Shown one piece after another: positions 60,469 to 64,000 of a DNA stretch of 64,000 nt (position 1 is the stretch's first letter; the number at the start of each line of letters is the position of its first letter). The DNA is from Amoebidium appalachense (lineage: Eukaryota > Protista > Ichthyosporea), in NCBI GenBank assembly GCA_963693365.1, contig CAVNZM010000010.1, positions 6,945,794 to 7,009,793 of the forward strand, given 5' to 3'. The notes under the pieces were generated by a model. The model made no database searches. It saw nothing but the letters and a program-made list of their open reading frames with translations, and was not told where the DNA came from. A program made the position numbers and the translations under genes.

Positions 60469-61239
60469 ATTTGTGTGCGCGTGTGTGCGTGTGTGTGTGT
60501 GTATATGTGTGTGTATATGGGCATTTATGTTAGTGTGTGTGTATGTGCGTGTATGTGTGTGCATTTGTTTGTTCGTGATTGTGTTTGTGTGTGTGTGTGT
60601 GTGTGTACAAGCATGCATGTCTGTGTATTTGTGTGAGAGAGTGTGTGGTGTGTGTGTATGTGTGTGTGTGTGTGGGGAGGGGGGGGGGGGAGGGGGGCAT
60701 TAATGAAAGAGTGAATCAGTGTGACTCAGCCGATGCCTATTTGACCACGTGCATGCGTGTGCACCTGTGCATGCGCGCATATGTGTATGTGTCTCGGTGA
60801 AGTGCAGGTACGCACTTGATCACACATGGGCTGCACGTGATGCAGACACGGTGGGCTAGGAATACTGGGTCACAAAGCAAAGTGCAGAGGCAGTGAAGGT
60901 GCCTCTTACCATGCCATACGTGCAACCAAGACAGAGTAAAGGAGCAGACAGAGGGGCACACACAGACAAAAGCATGTGTGTCTGGAACACAACCCACACC
61001 CCCCCACCCCGTGTCTGCGCCAATCCATGCGCCAGCAGCAGATGACCAGCAAACAGCCGGGTGCCCAAGGTGTGCATGCCGTAGAGCAGGCACAGCCAAT
61101 GACAAAGTGGCCCCAAACATCATAAATGGTAATCAGGCCATACCTTGGTGTCCACCGAGACGCCTCCGCCACCAACAACGATGGCCTCGGCCTCCAGGAA
61201 TGACCGAAAGATGGTGGCCACCACTGTCAGGACGTCTGG

Positions 61240-61700
61240 CGGCTGCATGGCTGGATGGGGGTCTATCTTGGAGGGGCCGTGGGGCTTCATGACTGGGGGG
61301 GAGTCTATCTTGGAGGGACAGGGGGGCTGTATGGCTGGAGGGGGGTGTGTCTCGGAGGGGTGGTGGGGCTGTAGGGCTGGAGGGGGGTCTATCCCGGAGG
61401 GGTGGTGGGGCTGTATGGCTGGAGGGGGGTCTATCCCGGAGGGGTGGTGGGGCTGTATGGCTGGAGGGGGGTCTATCCCGGAGGGATGGTGGGGCTGTAT
61501 GGCTGGAGGGGGGTCTATCCCGGAGGGGTGGTGGGGCTGTATGGCTGGAGGGGGGTCTATCCCGGAGGGGTGGTGGGGCTGTATGGCTGGAGGGGGGTCT
61601 ATCCCGGAAGGGTGGTGGGGCTGTATGGCTGGAGGGGGGTCTATCCCGGAGGGGTGGTGGGGCTGTATGGCTGGAGGGGGGTCTATCTCGGACGGACGAT
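61240..61700 (-). repeat. 42-bp coding tandem repeat (DPPPAIQPHHPSGI) about x11
   Basis: About 8 near-perfect plus 3 degenerate units. Confidence 0.95.
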
Positions 61701-63242
61701 GGGGGTCCACCGGGAGCCTTGGGTGCGTGGGGGAATAGGGTTTTTGTGCAGGTGCGGCGGAAGGTAGGGCCATATCCTTGCAGAACTGAATGGCCCTGTG
61801 CACGTAGCACTGTCCCGGCCGGTTCTCCTAGACAATCTTTTCCTTTCCGGGTTCCAACACGCTCCGTGGCCCCACCTTTGGTTGCTGCAGCCAGGCGTGG
61901 GGAAGAAGGTATGCGGACCCTGGGGCGCCGTGGGCAGGCTCGAGAGCCAGAAAACGAAAGCACTGGGCAAAGGAGTCTTCGTGGGTGCCGGGCCGAAAGA
62001 AGGTGCCGGTGCCCCGGGGATGCACCCATGCAGGCGTCTGGGACAGGGCCACGATGCTGCTGCCCGGCACCTTGTGGCCAATCAGATGGGCCGCCTCTCT
62101 CTCCGTCGCATCGCCCGCATTCACGGCGTGCCCCTGTGCCTTGAGGTAGGGGCCATAGGCATGCACAGTAGGCCCGTTGACATGCATATGCTCTGGCCTG
62201 CTATCTGACCCCTCCGTGGCCTCCCGATGCCCCCGTGGCTCCCCTAACCCGTCTGCGGGCCACTTACCACGGTGGGCGATAATAACGCTCCGCCCTGTGT
62301 CAAGCCTATTAAAGCACTGCTCTCCGACATCACCCACATGCTCAGCGTACGTATACACCACGTCTGCGTTGGCTGATCCAAGCTCAGTCTTGAAATCAAC
62401 CACCGGCAGCTGGGAGCCAGTCAAGCCAATCATATTGAAGGCCACTGTGTACATGGACACCACGTCAGCAAACCACACCCCTGCCCATACCAGTTTACAC
62501 ATCGACTCAGTGCACATCTTTCTTTTGGTGACAAAGCCCAACGGGGGATGGAAAGGGGGGATGGAGGGAGAGTTCAAAGGAAAAAGGCACCATCACATTC
62601 ACTGAGTGCAACAACTTCTGGGTCATGTCAACTTTTCGATTTCCAGTTTGAATAATTGCCTGTATAAATGTTCACGTTTTATTTTGCCGCAGGGTTTATG
62701 TGCACATGTGCACATGTGTCGGTCTGTGTGTCCTTCTTCTTTTCCCGTTTTCGACTCTCTCCCCCTCGTAATCCTAACCCCCCCCCTCCCCCTCCCCCCT
62801 CCCCCTCCCTTTATCCACACCTCCCCTGTGTGTGTCAGTGTGTCCCTGGGTTATGGGTGAAGAACCAGCTAAGAGACACCAACCTCAGAAGCATGCCGTG
62901 TCCTTCCCCCGAGCACTCTGATGTCTGCGGTGCATTGGAAGGGGCTTCAATTCCCGCACAATCGTGTCCCTCCTCCGAACACTCTGGTGTCTGCAGCTCT
63001 GCTGGCTTTGATAGCTGCGATAGCATGGAAGGGGTTTTAGTTCCTGCACATCACCAATAAAGCAGCCAGGTTTATGTCCAGATATATGTGCATTGCAATC
63101 AGTAGGTGCCAGCAAAGGTCCAAGCACCCAGGCAGCCGGGCAGGCAAGCAACATGCACGTGCAGCCATAAGCACGAGATGCACTGGGACCCCACAGGAGT
63201 GCAACACATTGTACACCGGCTGATGGCCATGCACATTCACAG

Positions 63243-63274
<32 letters not shown>

Positions 63275-63394
63275 CCCGCCCCATTTTCTCTCCCAAGAGC
63301 CTGCTGGCCCCATAGCGGCCTTCTAAAAATGTTCAGTATTCACCATTATCCCCCCCCCCCCCCCCCAAAAAAAAAAAAAAAAAAAAAAAAAAGG

Positions 63395-63434
<40 letters not shown>

Positions 63435-64000
63435 GGGGAAATAAGACCACTTCCACCACCCCCCCCAAAAGACGAAAATATAAAGTAAAATAGACTGCAT
63501 TTCTCCCTTTACCCCCCCCCCCTCCCCCCCCGTTCCCCCCTCCCCCCCTCCCCCTTTTCCCTAACCCCCCCTCCCCTCCCCCTTTTTCCTAAAACCCCCC
63601 TCCCCCCCCCCCCCCCCCCTCCCCCTCCCTTCCCCCCCCCCCCCCAAAAAAAAAAAAGAAAACAAAAACAAAAAAACCTAAACAACCAAGAAACTTACAC
63701 CGACACCCACAATGACACGCACACAAGGAGACACACACACACACACAAGCAAAAAAACAAAAAAACCTCTGCCATGCCCCTCCTCTCGCCCACAGACTAC
63801 CCCACTTACCCCTTACCCACTTAACTCTATAAGCAGTCAGACACGTGTGGTGGATGGCGTGACCGAGCGGGGCGTGCATGTTCTGTGGAGCCAACGACCA
63901 AACATTGCTCACCTCAACCACCAGCACGTCGTAATACACACACTGGTCAGAGACGTAGGAGACCTGCTGCTCCAGCACCCCGGCCCCCACCACCTCTCCC

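Larger units (their letters stand above)
58167..64000 (-). pseudogene. large multi-exon gene (start outside window): possible divergent JmjC-like region, Pro/His repeat, C-terminal 3x C2H2 zinc fingers; two premature stops
   Basis: Exons 62480-61144, 60425-59772, 58697-58167 are phase-compatible; upstream exons near 63050-62850 and 64000-63830. In-frame TAG at 61830-61828 and TAA at 58616-58614. Confidence 0.6.

Noticed and set aside
58614-61830. In-frame TAA/TAG as evidence for a stop-to-Gln genetic code
   Set aside because: Other genes here end normally at TAA/TAG (42997, 49975, 56392, 58167); pseudogenising C>T changes are simpler.

Overview
Eukaryotic, intron-rich, microsatellite/homopolymer-rich DNA made almost entirely of mobile elements and their cargo. 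Left third (1-19.4 kb) is a four-level nest. A minus-strand Ty3/gypsy retrotransposon is interrupted in gag by a very young Ty1/copia element (4771-12885, TSD GAGCC), whose 3' UTR holds a 1.3-kb TRIM in the opposite orientation (10421-11739). The gypsy element and a non-autonomous copia relative (15543-19361, TSD GTTCT) both sit in exons of an 8-exon Plavaka-type transposase gene (minus, ATG 23233). Upstream of that transposase lies ~40 kb of chromatin/DNA-modification genes. The standout is a >=15-exon gene (35.3-26.1 kb, minus; every junction from the dioxygenase exon onward is GT-AG and phase-compatible) that would fuse a PhyH-like 2OG-Fe(II) dioxygenase, a ParB/Srx-like domain and a beta-class N6/N4 DNA methyltransferase. 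There is also a KDM4-like JmjC gene, a decayed chromodomain-like ORF, a 2-TM/coiled-coil gene and a disrupted gene with a possible divergent JmjC plus three C2H2 fingers. My inference is a giant Plavaka-type DNA transposon carrying an epigenetic toolkit; its ends are not visible. Gene models were built by eye, domain calls come from motif recognition only (no searches run), and some frameshifts in homopolymers may be assembly errors.
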